Source of the DNA: Camelus dromedarius
Taxonomy: Eukaryota
DNA length: 64,000 nucleotides
Assembly (NCBI RefSeq): GCF_036321535.1
Contig: NC_087447.1
Location: 41,356,001 to 41,420,000, forward strand
Direction: 5' to 3'
Position numbers and translations under genes: made by a program. Position 1 is the stretch's first letter. The number at the start of each line of letters is the position of its first letter. Positions 51,095 through 63,825 of this stretch are shown here, in pieces. The notes beneath the pieces were generated by a model, which did not search any database, was not told the DNA's origin, and was given only the letters and a program-made list of their open reading frames with translations.

Positions 51095-51260
51095 TGAGGA
51101 GTCAGACAGACCTGTGGTTGATTTCCAGCACTGCCACTCATGAGCGACGTGACTTTGGGCAGGTCTTTGAGCCTCTGTTTCCTCATCTGTAAAATGGGGC
51201 TAATCATAATGTTAACAATACTTACGTTACCCACCTCAAGGGTTGCTGAGAGCACTTAAG
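51095..51260 (+). mobile_element. MIR
   Basis: gagtcagacagacctg...gtttcctcatctgtaaaatgggg. Confidence 0.85.
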
Positions 51261-51869
51261 GGATGGTCTCTGGAAAGTGTCTTGCAAAATCATAACTCTT
51301 AATGATGGCCACCATGCCTACTGGAACACAGGCAGCCCCACAGGAAGCCCCCCGCCTCCCTCCTGTGGCCGAGGTATGTGGGGTGGAGGTGCTCCATCAG
51401 TTGCGGAGGGCCATGCCTGTGTTTGTATGGCCGCTCTAACAAAGAAGCCCGTCCTGCCCTCTCCCCACAGTCTGCAGGTGTCCCGCACGGGTAGAGCCCG
51501 TGCGGCTCACCTAACAAGTGTGGGCTTCTCTGGGGTGAAAGGTTAGACAGGCAAACTAATGGACAGTTGTAAGAACAGAAGAGTCAGAAGGCAAGTGGGT
51601 GAATGCACGGACTAATAGACCGATGGGTGGGCAAATGGGTATGTTTGCCACCCCACACAGCGTGGGTAGTGCAGCCTCTAATGGTGGGCCCACTCTTTTG
51701 TCCTCATAAGACCTCTGGCCTGACAATGTGCTACTTCCTCTCCCCTGCCCCACCACTATCTTTATCCCCACTGTGAATGCACCCCAACTCTCCTCTGTGG
51801 AGCAGGGTCGCCATGTTGGGTTCGGCTGCTGCACTCTAGCAGAACTCCTGGTGGATGAGGCCGAGTAGA

Positions 51870-52065
51870 AGGCAAAGAGGAGGGGCCTTGGAATCCAACT
51901 AGCCTGGGTTATAATCCTTGGCCTGCCACTTATTAGCTGTGTGATCTCAAGCAAGTTGCTGCACCTCTCTGATCCTTAGTGCCTTAATATATAAAATGGA
52001 AATAATAAACAAGATAGCACCTGAAATGCACCCAGCATAGAGTCTTATACTCAGTAGGCAACCTA
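51870..52065 (+). mobile_element. MIR
   Basis: ctgccacttattagctgtgtgatctcaagcaagtt. Confidence 0.75.
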
Positions 52066-53069
52066 GACATATCTGATGAATAAAAATGAATAAAAGTATC
52101 TTAGTTGGCTTTCTTTAATGAATAGCCAGGGGCAAATAAAAATATTTAAATATAGTTTAGAGACTTCTGGGCTTTTTGGTTATCCGAATGACTGGATAGT
52201 TATCCCAGCAGAGGCTTAGATAATTTTCTCCAGATACAAAGGTAACTGGACCAGTCAAGTTGCTTCACTTCTTTGCACCTCAGTTTTCCTTCTTGTAAAA
52301 TGGGCAAGCTATATATGTGAGCACTGGCTGTGGGCAGAAAGAGTAGAGTCCAAAGAGCTGAAGGCTCTTGGCAATGACTCACCTAACCCTTTACTGACCA
52401 GGCCGGAGAGGCAGCGAGAAGGGCCCTGAAAATGGGTTAAAGAAGGAACAACTTGGAGACCAAACATTACTAAATATTTTTTCCTTTTTTGGGTCAGGGC
52501 TCTAGATCACCACTTCCTGGAGATTATATTCTAAACTTTGCTGTGTTGGATGTGAGGTCCACGTGCCCAAGAGCTCCAGCGGAACCCAGATGTCACCCTG
52601 GGGGAGGGCCTCTGCTTTTACCTTGCTATTTTAAGCAGGGAGTTTATAATAATGGATGGGAGAGAAAGCAACGAGGCTGGAGCAGCGTGGGAATGGCCTC
52701 GGCAGGCGGAGCACCCCCAAGGGGCTCAGGGTTCCATCCTGTCAAGTGTGGGACCTCAGCCAGCCTCCACTCTGCTTTATCCTGCAGCAGCTGACACCTC
52801 TTAGTGCTTGTCTGAATTAACTCAGTCCTGTTTTACTTTACTTTCTGACCCAGGGACTGACTGAAGGTCTTTCTTGAGGAGCAGGAGGTAAAGGAAAGGA
52901 AGTAGAGATATTTCTGATGCAACTTTGTAATACCATGATCCTAGAATCCATGGGGTGTGACCTTCACATCTGTGGTTTATTGTGACTCGGAAGAATTTGG
53001 GATTTCAGGGACTCCCAGGGTCGGAAAAGGCCCCTGAGGTGGGTTAGGAATCCTATGACCCTTGCTTCA

Positions 53070-53600
53070 GCCTTTGCTGAAACTCTCCCAGGAATGGGGA
53101 ACTCACTACCTTAAAGAGGAGCCCATTTCATTTTCAGATGGTTCCAGCCACTAGAAAGTTTTCCCTTGCATTGATCTGACATTTCAGTCATTGGCCGTGA
53201 CTCTACCCTTTGGGGACAATAGAATTACATGAATGGCTTTCAAGTATCAGCAAAGAGATTTTATTTCTTCCTGCACCTTCCCCTTTGTAGGCTAAAGGTC
53301 TTTAGTTTGTTTTTTTTTTTTTTAACATAGTTCTTGTCCTGCTTTCCCTTTTTGGAACATGCCTCAGTTTATCTGAATCCCTCCTAGCATGCAGAACACA
53401 ATACACTTCATGTAGGTTAAGACATAAAAAAAGAAAAGTAGAACTGTCACCTCCCATATTTTGGAAACCATATACCTATTAAGACAGCCTGGACCTGCAC
53501 ATACATTACACATCATTTTAAGAGTTTTCTTGGGAGGTGTAGCCAACTTTGCTGGTAGAACTGGATTTTGTAAATACTCGTTTGTTACCCTCAAACCCCT
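53070..53600. mobile_element. L3/CR1-like relic
   Basis: atggggaactcactacct...agcccattt...tagaaagttttccc. Confidence 0.45.
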
Positions 53601-53834
53601 CTTTTGTTATGGTACCTGACTACCGTATACTTTGCCCAGCATCACTGTTGTCACTGCTACAGAAATCCAAGTAAAGATGATAGAAAATAATCACAGAGCT
53701 CACCTTTGAGCTGGGAGACACAGCACTCATTCCCGGGAGCCAGGTTAAGTCTGTCCAGTAGGGCTTCCCCCTTCCTGCCTTATCTCCTCCACTAGGCCTG
53801 CAGCTCTTCTGTTCAGAGAAATTCAGTCAGCATT

Positions 53835-54122
53835 TCAGTGTTCGTAACTCAGCCCAAACATCATTTCTAATGTGGAATCTTCCCTATAACTATATCCCAC
53901 CTGTCCCAATTTCCACAGTTAGGGACCCTTTTCTAGGATCCTGCAGCTTCTCACTTTCAAAGTGTTTACCCCCTTATCTTGTTTTCCATCTGCCTCCTAC
54001 CAGTGGACTGCATGCTCTTTGAGGGCCAAGACCACATCTGCATCATCTTTATGTCACCAGCGCCCAGCCCAGAGTCTGATAGAGTAGGTGTGAGTGTTCA
54101 TGGTGAAGGAATGAATGGATCA
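53835..54122 (+). mobile_element. LINE-2 3' fragment
   Basis: ggactgcatgctctttgagggc...catctttatgtcaccagcgcccagc...gaatgaatg. Confidence 0.7.
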
Positions 54123-55205
54123 GTTCGTGGATAGTCTACTTGAGATGAGATTTCTTGAGCCGGCCAGCAGAGGGCATCCCAACTGTTTCATAGCTGTATG
54201 GGGCTACCTTTCCACTGCAGAGAATGACCTAAGTCAAGATGGTGGTCATAATGACTAACCTCGGAGCTGAAGTTCTCCAGTTCTTTAAATACAAGTCAAC
54301 AAGCATTTTTTGATGAATCTTCTGGGTAGCTGTGATTAAATCAGACCTATTGCCTGCCTCGGGGAGCTCAGTCAGAGGTGTGTGTTGGCCAGGGGCATCT
54401 GTCAGAGAAGTGGCTGATGGCCAGGTCTGAGCCTCCCCACGCGGAGCTCTTTCTGTGGGATGGGAAGAGCGGCTGGTATCATCGGTGGGGGCAGGGCTTT
54501 CTGACTCCTCCTCCTGAGGCCTCCAACAGACAGCACCTCACACAAGACCCAGGATGTAGTAGGTACTCAGTAAATGACAGAGTCCTCCATCTCCCCTGTG
54601 TGGATCCCAGCAGCCCCCTGACTGTGGCTGAGGGCAGGGTCTGAGGATGACTCCTGCCTCTGGTGGTTTTTCATCTGCTGCCCCCAGAGCAGCTCTTTCA
54701 GGGAATCTCTGAGGTTGCAGAACCAGGCTGGTTGTTGGTTCTTCGAATCCCCACTCAACTAGGGCAGGACACCTCAAGGAGTTTAGGGGTGGGAAGAGGC
54801 CAGGCAGAGCCCTCTGGACTCTGGCCAAGCTTCTGGGCTGCAGCCCAACATGCAGGTGGCCTCTGTGAGGACCTACTCCATGCTGAGTGCTGTTGCTTTT
54901 CATCCTTGGAATAATCCTGAGAGGAAGAATCCTGATTCTTATGTCTGTTCCCTTGATGAGGAAACCAGGGCTCAGAGGTGAAGCCGTGATTCACAGTGAG
55001 CGGCAGAGCGGGCAGTCAAATCCAGGTATCTGGTTTCGGAGCCTGTGCTCTTTCTACTTTGCTCCCCTGCCTCTCCAAATAGGGACCTGACGTGACTGGT
55101 CCCCTTTCCTAAGAGGAAGCCTAGGAGCTGGACCCATTGGCTCAGGTCTGTTGAATGGATTATGGTCCTAAACCTCTTGACTGGCAAGAAACATGGAAGA
55201 GTGAT

Positions 55206-55285
55206 TAGTGGTTACAAGTAACAGTAGTGGGTAGTTACAAGTAGTTTGTACTAACAAGTAGTTACAAGTTAGTAGTTATAAGTAA
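55206..55285. repeat. Degenerate GTAGTTACAAGT tandem repeat
   Basis: gttacaagt/gttataagt recurs about 4-5 times at the edge of an LTR relic. Confidence 0.7.
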
Positions 55286-55650
55286 ATCCAACCCAAACTG
55301 ACTTAAACACTGAGAGATTTAGTTGTTTGTGTAACTCGCTAGTTCAGAGAGCGTTCTGGCTACAGGTGAGCTTTGATCGGGGCTCCAGCTCCATTTCTCT
55401 GCAGGTCTCCTGGCTCTGCTCTCTTCTGGGTATGCCAGTTTTATCCTCAACCTGGCCTCGCTCATGGAAACAAAATGGTGTCTGCAGCACCAGGTCTCAC
55501 ATCTGCACACTCCACCACCCAGAGCAAGAGAGAGCCTCTGAGTCCCAGAACACTGCCATGTGCTCATTGGCTTAGGCTGGATCTATTGTCTATCTCTAGG
55601 CCAATCACTGTGGTGAGATGGATGAGATTATGTTGACTGAGGTCAATCCC
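55280..55650. mobile_element. MLT1 LTR relic
   Basis: acccaaactgacttaaac...aaatggtgtctgcagc...ctcattggctt...ccaatcactgtgg. Confidence 0.6.
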
Positions 55651-55914
55651 AGCAAAGCCTTCAGACCGAAGGGGTAAGTCTGGCTTTAGGGAAGCAACAC
55701 AAGGTTGCTGGGGGTGAGCACTGCACAAGGCACCTGAGATCCACCCTGGCTGAGCCTCCAGAATCTCTAAAATTAGCAGGCCTGACGGCTGTCCTTAAGT
55801 GAAGAAACCCCGTACTGAGGGTCAGAAGAGCTGTTGAAGGGCCCAAGGTAAGCCATGAGGCAGAAAGTTAGGAGACACCATCACTTCCTCCTGCCCTACC
55901 CGGCCAAGCCAGGC

Positions 55915-56140
55915 TGTGTAATACAGTGGCCTCCAAATCAGGAAGATCTGGATTCAAATGCTTGGTTCTTTGTATGGTTTGGGCAAGTGGCTTCTACTCT
56001 TTGAAGCAGTTCTCTCATCTATAAAGTGTGAATATTAATACCTGTGTCAGAGGCCATCGTGAGGATTAAATTAGGTGATGTCGGTAATTCTCCTAGGATA
56101 GTGCCTGGCTCCGAGTAGCTGCTCAATAAATGGTTGACAA
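55915..56140 (+). mobile_element. MIR
   Basis: gatctggattcaaat...gtgaggattaaatt...atagtgcctggc...gctcaataaatg. Confidence 0.8.
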
Positions 56141-56456
56141 ATAGAAGTCTGCTCCCAATGGTCCTCCATTGGCTATGGCTTTGAGGCATTTGAAGCTCTC
56201 TTCTCCCTTCTGGGATGGCTGTGTTTACTGTACGGCCCAAATTAGATGCAAAATCTCTAAGGTCACCTCTGACTTTGTAAACAGAGCCAGAGAGCAGGAG
56301 GAAATGCAAATCCAAATGCCTTCTACTCGCCTATTTTAGCCCTCATTGCTGCAAACTCTAGCCAGCTCTCTCCACGGTTGGTGGCTCCTGAAAACGGGAC
56401 CCAGCATGGGTCAGGGATGGGAGCGGATTTGACTTGTCCTTTTGGCGTCTCCCCAG

Positions 56457-56614
56457 CCTGTGGAGCCCAGGCCTCCTGGAGCATCTGTGGGGCTGACACA
56501 GCGGAGTTTCCGGGCACACGCAGCCACTCCCGCCAGGAGGCTGCCATGCCCCACATCCCTGAGGACGAGGAGCCCCCCGGAGAGCCACAGGCAGCCCAGA
56601 GCCCCGCCGGCCAA
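56457..56614 (+). CDS. IRAG1: IRAG1/MRVI1 coding exon 2
   Basis: Pyrimidine tract and acceptor ttgtccttttggcgtctccccag| end at 56456; donor CAA|gtaagt at 56614/56615; 158 nt. Joined to exon 1 (G+CC=Ala) it reads [53 protein letters not shown], and 67+158=225 nt=75 codons. Lies within ORF 56378..56677. Confidence 0.95.
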
Positions 56615-57189
56615 GTAAGTGCCCCCTCCCTGCCTACAGCCAGCCCAGCCCGGGCCACGCCAAGCACCCTGGGCTGAGGTCGCAGGGTTTGCCGACAGCC
56701 TGTGCAGGCTGCAGTGGGCCTGGGGAAGATGTGTGGCTTCCACACTGAGGAATAAATACCCAAAGTTTGTTTGAATTGACCAAGGCCCCCACATACCCTG
56801 AGTGGAACCTCCTAGTCTGTGTCTGACTGAGGCTTCATGGGAAGTCAAACCACCCTCCTAGAATGGAGAGAGATTTGGAGGAGAATGATCACGGAGGGCC
56901 TTGTCATGTCAGGGTTGTGGGCACCAGCACAAGGACACTTACAGTGAATCTGCTTAAAATGAAGATCGAAATTTCTTAGTAAGTGGTGAAAGGGAGTTTC
57001 CGTGAGATTTTATTATAAAAAAGGAAATGATGAAAATAAATGAGCGGGTCTCACTGAGGTTTGGTACAAAAGAGATGTGAAGAAGAGTTATTTTTAGCTG
57101 CACATATTACAAAATAGTGGTTACCTGCTAATTTTTAAAATGAATGAAGAATTAATCATGTCGATTTTGGTACTGGTATATTTATTTTT

Positions 57190-57279
57190 GTCTGTTTTTT
57201 AATGGAGATATTGGGGATTGAACCCAGGACCTTATGTATACTAAGCCTGTCCTCTACTACTGAGCTATACCCCTCCTCC
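57190..57279 (-). mobile_element. tRNA-derived SINE (Vic-1-like, short form)
   Basis: ggggattgaacccaggacc...ctctactactgagctatacccc with a 16-bp TSD TGGTATATT(T/C)ATTTTT at 57174-57189 and 57280-57295. Confidence 0.88.
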
Positions 57280-60200
57280 TGGTATATTCATTTTTTATGC
57301 CAACAAAACGATCTGTTCACACACTATCATGACCCTCACATCTTACTTTTAGTACTTTTGTTGAGAGATTCTGGTTGTTTAAACTTTAAGGGCTTCATTA
57401 ATTTTCCTAAGGACCTCTTTCAATCATTCAATATTCAAATCATTCCCTCTTGAAGGACCTATCCTGCCACCACCCTCATCATTTTGTCTTCCTTTGTTAC
57501 CTGGCTCCATCTGCTCCTCCCTGCTCTAAGACCTTGTACGTAAAGTTCTCAGACATGCTTTTCCAGACTTCGTGAACTTTGCAGTTGGTTTGCACTGAAC
57601 TTGTATCATCCTGTTGCATCTGGCAGGTCTCCCAACTGCCCTGAACTAGGGGGATAGACACTTGTTAAGTGAGGGAAGATTGTATGAGGGAGCATTAATG
57701 TGAGAAGTAGGCAGATATTTAGTGAATAGTTTCATGTTATGATGACATTTGTTTTCTCACACATCATAATTGTGGGAACTAAGATAATAAATACTTAGAA
57801 AAGAATGGCCTCGCATGTGTCCACATCCCAAGCTCGTGGGATCGAGATGTTACAGAATTTGGCAGCCTTGAAGAGCCCTTGAAGTTCTAAATGACAGTGA
57901 GCCAAGCCCTCATGCCTTTGGCCGCAGGCACCAGCTCAGGGTTTTATTGAGCCCCATTCCGGGCCACGTCCTGGGCCACGGTGGGTGCTGTTCATAGGTT
58001 GCTTTCAGTGGCTCCAAGTTGTCCCTCTGCTTCTCTGAGGGTGACACCCAGCCTTCCCCAGACTGCGTGCTCTGCTGTGCCACTGTCCTGCTGCTGCTCC
58101 TCCCCACATGTGGACAGTTCCCTCAAAGAGTTCCCAACAGTGGGCTGTAAGGTTTACCCAACAAAAAGATTTGTTAATCTACTGAAAGCTTGGAGATTAA
58201 AGAAGGGAAGGACGACACCGAGCAAAACACTCATACCTGGATTCAAATGTCACTGCTCCCTACCCTCAGGTCACAACTTTCCCACATTCTGTCTCCTTAG
58301 CATCCCTACCCCCCAGCCCTGGACCACTTATTCCCATGCCATCCCTGACTCCTTCCAATTCACTCACAATGATCGTACCCTTAAGCCAGATTCTGATGCA
58401 AAATCTCCCAGATCCTGAGCAACTCCCCCAAACAGCAGTGATGCCTTGCTCCCAAAGAATGCAAATGTTCCTGAAAAATAACTAGAAAGATTGACAAAGA
58501 TGCAACTATACCTTCAGTGAAGAGATCCTTTTACACTGAGTTCAGTTCCTCTTGGTTCCAAACCTCTCTAATTAAAAGACGCTTCAATCCTTCTCCTTAA
58601 CAGACACAAAAGCAGACATCACAAAAGCCTGCTGGCCATTATGGCCATCATGGCTTGAAACTCCACCTAGGTGTAGCTTCCCTGGGTCAGAGGTGAGGGT
58701 GAGTTTCTAGGGGTGGCCAAGCAGGGGGAGGGCTCCATGAGCTCATCACACATAGGGGTCAGAGAGCCCCAGCTGAACAGCAGGAAGTCCAGATTCCAGG
58801 CCCCACAAAGCTCACTCTCCCTGTGACCTTGAACCAGAACCAGACTTCGATAATATGAGAGGGGGGCCCCCATGGTCGCTGAAGCTCCTTCAAATGCTCA
58901 TGGGAAGCCAAGACAATAAAGAGACTATTTGTAGGCTCTGATAGCCTCTGCATTGCCAGAGTCCAGCAGGAGAAGGACCTGAAGAATTCAGGTGAGCTGG
59001 AGCCCGGATGCTCAGGTCCTATAGGGCAGGACCATTAGCACAGGATTGAAGAATGTGGACTCTGGAGTCAGACCAAGCTGGGTTCAAGACATAGCTCCTC
59101 CACATCCTGGTCGAGAGACCTCATATGAGTCTGTTAAATTTTCTGTGCCCCTGGTTACTCATGTTTCCCCAAAGCCAGTGTATTTGCTGCCTTCTGGGCT
59201 CTGCTCAGCCCAGCCCTTGAGGGCCTTCTTTGGCCTGAAGGACCGTGGATGCTGGGACAGGTTAGACCCCAGGCAGAAGGCCACATCAGATTCAGTATTC
59301 TTTTCACCCTGCCCTGACTGACAGGCCCTGGGCATCCCTGAGTTCTCCAGAAGCCCACGGGCATCGTCAGCAGAGGCAGCTCCCTCTTGCACCCGGCAGA
59401 CAACCCACCTTGGGCTTCTCTGGCAGCCACAGGCTCATGGGAGGAGTCAGGCCTTGTGAGCTGGGCTAGAGCCTCCAGGGCCGGGGCCTGAGTCCCTGGG
59501 AGCAATGGAAGCCAGGGAAGCGGGGTTTGTCAGGAGGACTGGGCTAGAACTCCTGGTACAGTGTGAATTCCCACTCCGTGAAGCAGGCAAAGAACAGAGC
59601 ATCCTTCTGAGTTTACAGCTCCCTGGGGTCCAGCCCTACTTCTGGTTCCTTAGGCCCCAGCCCCCATTTCCCATCACTGGCACGAGCACTAGCTGAGGCT
59701 TTCTTACACCAAAACACAAATCTGTAGGCATAGATCCTGGTTTTCTTTCTGCACATATATACACAGACCCTCATACACCCTCTTAATGCACACACACTCT
59801 GTAGGACCTTAGTCAGAAGCTGTAATCAAAATCCAGGAAGAAAGAAAGCCTCCTGACAATGCACTCTATGAGGAGGCTGTGTCCTGAGCAGTGTTTCCTG
59901 GCTTGGCCCTTGAACAGGGAGGGGCTCAAAGGCAGGAGCTTGTAGCCAAGAGGTTCTGGCAGGAATACAAGCTGTCAGGACAAAAGCCTGGAGTCTTAAG
60001 GGACCACAGAATGACAGACTGTCAGAGCTAGAAGGGATCACAGATCACAACTAAGCCCCTCTTCCCAGGCAGGCAAAATTCTGCTTGGTGTCCCCCACCC
60101 CACCCCCGCTCCCCCGTCACCTGGGAACTTGTTAACCCGAGATTCCCCTGTAAACCCAGACCCACTGACCTGGAGTCGCCTGGGGTGGGTCTTGGGAACC

Positions 60201-60795
60201 TGGAGGAGCGACTTGTACCCAGAGCTCCCCGCCACACAAGGAAGTCTGTGCTGTGAACGGCACCCCTGCCTTCTGGTCAGGCTGGGGCCTGCCTGCCCCC
60301 AACTCCCCATCACTTCTGCCCTCACAGCGGCCTGCTGTGGGAAGACTCCCCAGAGGCAGGAGGGCGGTTTCTGCGTCTTCCCGGAGCCTCTTCCCCTCCA
60401 GTTCCTTCAGGCTTTGCTCCCATGACAGTTTTCAGAGCCTCCTCCAACCCCCTGACCTCTGGACACATCCTGGCCTGTCTCTGCCCCACCGAGAGCACCA
60501 CACCTGGCCCCAGGCCCCAGGGCAGTGTGACCAGGACATCAACTCTTTCCAAGCCTATCAGCAGCAGCCATCTTAGAGACTCTGCTTACTGGGACAGTGT
60601 GGCCTCTTCAGGGGGCCTTACAAGCCTGTGAAGAAGTTAATATTAGCTGTAAGGGCCCAAATCGCACGGCTTCCCACTTTCACCTGGACAACCCCGCCCT
60701 CCTCCACGGGTTTCTGGAAGTCCCCGGGGCAGGTCAGTCTGAGCTCATGAGCAGATCTCACATCTTTCACACCATCTGCTCTGGCATCCCTCCTG

Positions 60796-61020
60796 CCACC
60801 ACCCCCTCACCACCCCCCACCACCCCCTCACCACCCCTCACCACCCCCTCACCACCCCCCACCTCCCCTCACCACCCCCCACCACCCCTCACCACCCCCT
60901 CACAAACCCCTCACCACCCCTCACCACCCCCCACCACCCCTCACCACCCCTCACCACCCCTCACCACCCCCTCACAAACCCCTCACCACCCCTCACCACC
61001 CCCTCACCACCCCCTCACCC
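60796..61020. repeat. C-rich minisatellite (CCCC[C]TCACCA)n
   Basis: About 225 bp of 10-11-bp units with no G on the + strand. Confidence 0.95.
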
Positions 61021-61089
61021 AGTCTCCATTATCCACAAAGCCACTAATGACAACTAGCCTCATGCCGCCAGCTTAAGTAGTCTACTGTA

Positions 61090-61265
61090 TTAACCCATTT
61101 AACTTCCAAGCAACCTTATAAGGTAGCTATCATCATCCTCATTTCGTCGCTGAAGAAACTAAGGCACGGAGAAATTAAGTACCTTCCTCTAGGGTCACAC
61201 AGCTTGTAAGTGACAGGCCCAGGATTTGAACCCAGGCAGCTGGACCCCAGAGCCCACACTCTTGT
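61090..61265 (-). mobile_element. MIR
   Basis: tgaagaaactaaggcacggaga...ggtcacacagcttgtaagtgacag...ggatttgaacccaggcag. Confidence 0.85.
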
Positions 61266-62159
61266 CTCTGCGCTGCCCTGAGCACTGTAAGCTTTGGCTC
61301 CGGGGCCCTCTCTGAGAGGTGCCTGGACCAAGAGAACACTGTCCCCTGCTCCCAAAGAGGGCCAACCTCCACGTAAACCCCAAAGCACCACAGAATGGGG
61401 CACTGGGTCTCACCAAATGCCTTCTGTCTGCTGTCCCTTACGGTGCATGAGCCCCAAGGCTTTGCTGGAAGCTCCGTCTATCCTTGGATGCACGGTGACT
61501 CCTAGAAACCCAGCCCACTGTGCTGTTCCTGCTTCACACTGCACACAAGCCTCACTCTGATCCCAGGCCTCCCTGAGCGCCTGCTTGGTTCCACACTTTC
61601 TGATCCTCTGACGGAAACTGGTGCTTAACTCTCACATACAGCAGCGTCTGGCTGACGGGATCACGGCATCCCTGCTCCCACCCTGACTCCTATCCCCAGT
61701 TGATAGCTAACTGAAAATGAGGTTGGAGTGTGCTCTGGAGAAGCAGCCCTCTGCATGTGGCCCCAGCAGGAAGGGACATGTGTGTGGAGCCCCGAGAAGC
61801 TCTGGCCTCCCCCCATTTTGGCCCTGAGTTGGATAGCGTGGTAGCTACTGCCATAGCAGACCTGGAACTCTCCCTGTTGTGTCAGCATAGTAAGAGACCC
61901 ATCCAGGCTCCCCACCGTCATCCTTCTTGGCTGTCCTTTTAGAAGAGTTCCAAGCAGGGTTCCTCAAGCAGCCAGGGATTTCTGGAAGGGACAGGAAACG
62001 CTTCTGATTCATAGGAATGTGAGATTTAAGCTGTGTGGGGGAGTGGAAAGGGTCTGGGCTTCACATCCCCGAGTGCAACCTTGGGTAAGTTATTCATTGT
62101 GCCTCAGTCTTCTCCTCTATAAGCCAAGTGTTACAGTAAATCACCACTAACCACAGCTA

Positions 62160-62710
62160 ACTTTTAAGGCACCCTTGCTGTGTTGCAGGCACTGTGCTAG
62201 GTTTGTTGCCTACATGATCTCATTTAATTTTCACACTGCCCCTGTGAGGTAGGTACTATTGCTGTTCCCATTTATAGATGAATTTCAGCACAGGTTAGAA
62301 AGTAACGTGCAGTAGGTAACACAGCTAAGTGGTTAGGTGATAGGAGCCTAGATTCAAGTGCTCAGTCCCTCATACAGCACAGAACAGTTTACAAACAGCT
62401 TTCACAGGTATCACTGCAATGGGTCCTGTAACATCACTGTGAGGACAGAGATCATCCTCCCCAGGCAACTGGAATTGCAGAGCAGTTAAGTATGACATCC
62501 AGTTGCAAGGGAAGAAATTAACACTTGGGGCTCCTACCATGTCCTGGGCTAGACTGTTGACACTTGTTATCTCAGATACCCTTCCTAATGCCCTGTGAGT
62601 CAGCAGTGACTGTACCCATTTTACAGGTCAGGAAACCGAGGCACAGAGAGGTTAAGCCAGCTGTCCAGAGTCACATAACAAGGAAGTTACAAGGCCTGGA
62701 TTCCACCGCC
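62160..62710 (-). mobile_element. Cluster of MIR copies
   Basis: tctcatttaattttcac...cccatttatagatga; cccattttacaggtcaggaaaccgaggcacagagaggttaag. Confidence 0.75.
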
Positions 62711-63364
62711 TCATGACCGTAAGCCGAGGAAATGGGCCTAGAATGATTGTTTCTTCTTTCTAGTCCAGAAAGTGCCCCATTTTACTGTAGTGGAGTTTGA
62801 GCGCACAGGAAAGGGATAACTGTTCATTTACATGTGGTAGGTATTCAATAAATATGGAATTGAGTTGAATTTACTCAATGAATGTTTATTGAATTTATTC
62901 AACAAGTGTTTATTGAGCCCTAACCAACCAAGGCCCCGCTCTCAGGGGGTCACTTCCCAGTGGATTTACAGTTGAATGATGATGCTTTCTGATCTGATTT
63001 GCTCTCTCTGATCAGGAACTGGAGGATCCTTGTTCTGTGCTGTACCTAGGAATAGAGCTTAACAACACGCTTTACTGTGTAAGGGGGGTTGCCAACTTTA
63101 CTCTTCATCTTACTTCCCCTTGGCTGCTCAGGCCTTGTCATCACTGGCCAATGGACTGGGGTTCTGTCTACACCTCCGTGGAGACTCTGGAGAAATACGT
63201 GCTCTCCATTGGGGAAAAAGGGTTTAGGACTCAAAGAATTGATCCTCTCTCAGGAATGACATGAAGACAAAATAGATAATGCATGTAAAACACTTGGAAT
63301 CTGGTAAGGACTTTGCAGAGAGGGGAGACCCCCCCAACCCTCCCAACTAACTTAATGAGAACCC

Positions 63365-63825
63365 TCCTACCATGCTTCCTATGTGACAGGCACTGCTCTG
63401 AGCACCTTACACATAGTAACTTCACAAGAACTGTAGAAGGTAAGTATGATCACTATCCCATTTTACAGATGAGAAAACTGGGGCAAGGAATTACTAGAAC
63501 AAGGGCAGTACCTTGAATGCGCCACTTGAGGATTTTGGATTCATCCTCTCTGAGCTCACTTCCACTTATCTTATCCCACCCTTTGCAAGAACAGCCTCCA
63601 TTGAGATCTTTAAATACATTTTTAGTAAAGCATTAGAATCTGTTGTACAAAATATTGGAGACATCTATTGGGTACCTGCTATGTGGTCTCAACCCCTCAA
63701 GGTAGATATTATTATTATCTCTATTTTATAGAAGAAGACACTGAGTCTCTGGGAGGTTATGTAATTGTCAAAGGTCACGTGGTTGTGTCATGGTTGAGGG
63801 GAGATTCAAACCCATTTCTGCTGAG
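63365..63825 (-). mobile_element. Two MIR copies
   Basis: cccattttacagatgagaaaactg; ctattttatagaagaagacactgag...gattcaaaccc. Confidence 0.75.

Larger units (their letters stand above)
13843..56456 (+). other. IRAG1: IRAG1 intron 1 (42,614 bp, GT-AG, phase 1)
   Basis: Bounded by gtaagt and ccccag, and the splice phases of the two exons are compatible. Small alternative exons inside cannot be excluded. Confidence 0.85.

Noticed and set aside
49558..55285. Short repeats with variable spacers (49558-49642, 55206-55285) as CRISPR-like arrays
   Set aside because: Mammalian DNA, degenerate units, no unique spacers of constant length and no cas genes; these are simple tandem repeats.
60597..61076. 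159-aa Pro/Thr/His-rich ORF (mucin- or extensin-like)
   Set aside because: The openness comes from the G-free minisatellite, which has no stop codons; there is no convincing splice or start context.
39242..61123. Other CArG matches (39242-39251, 42771-42780, 61114-61123)
   Set aside because: The number is compatible with chance and at least two lie in MIR relics; no supporting context.
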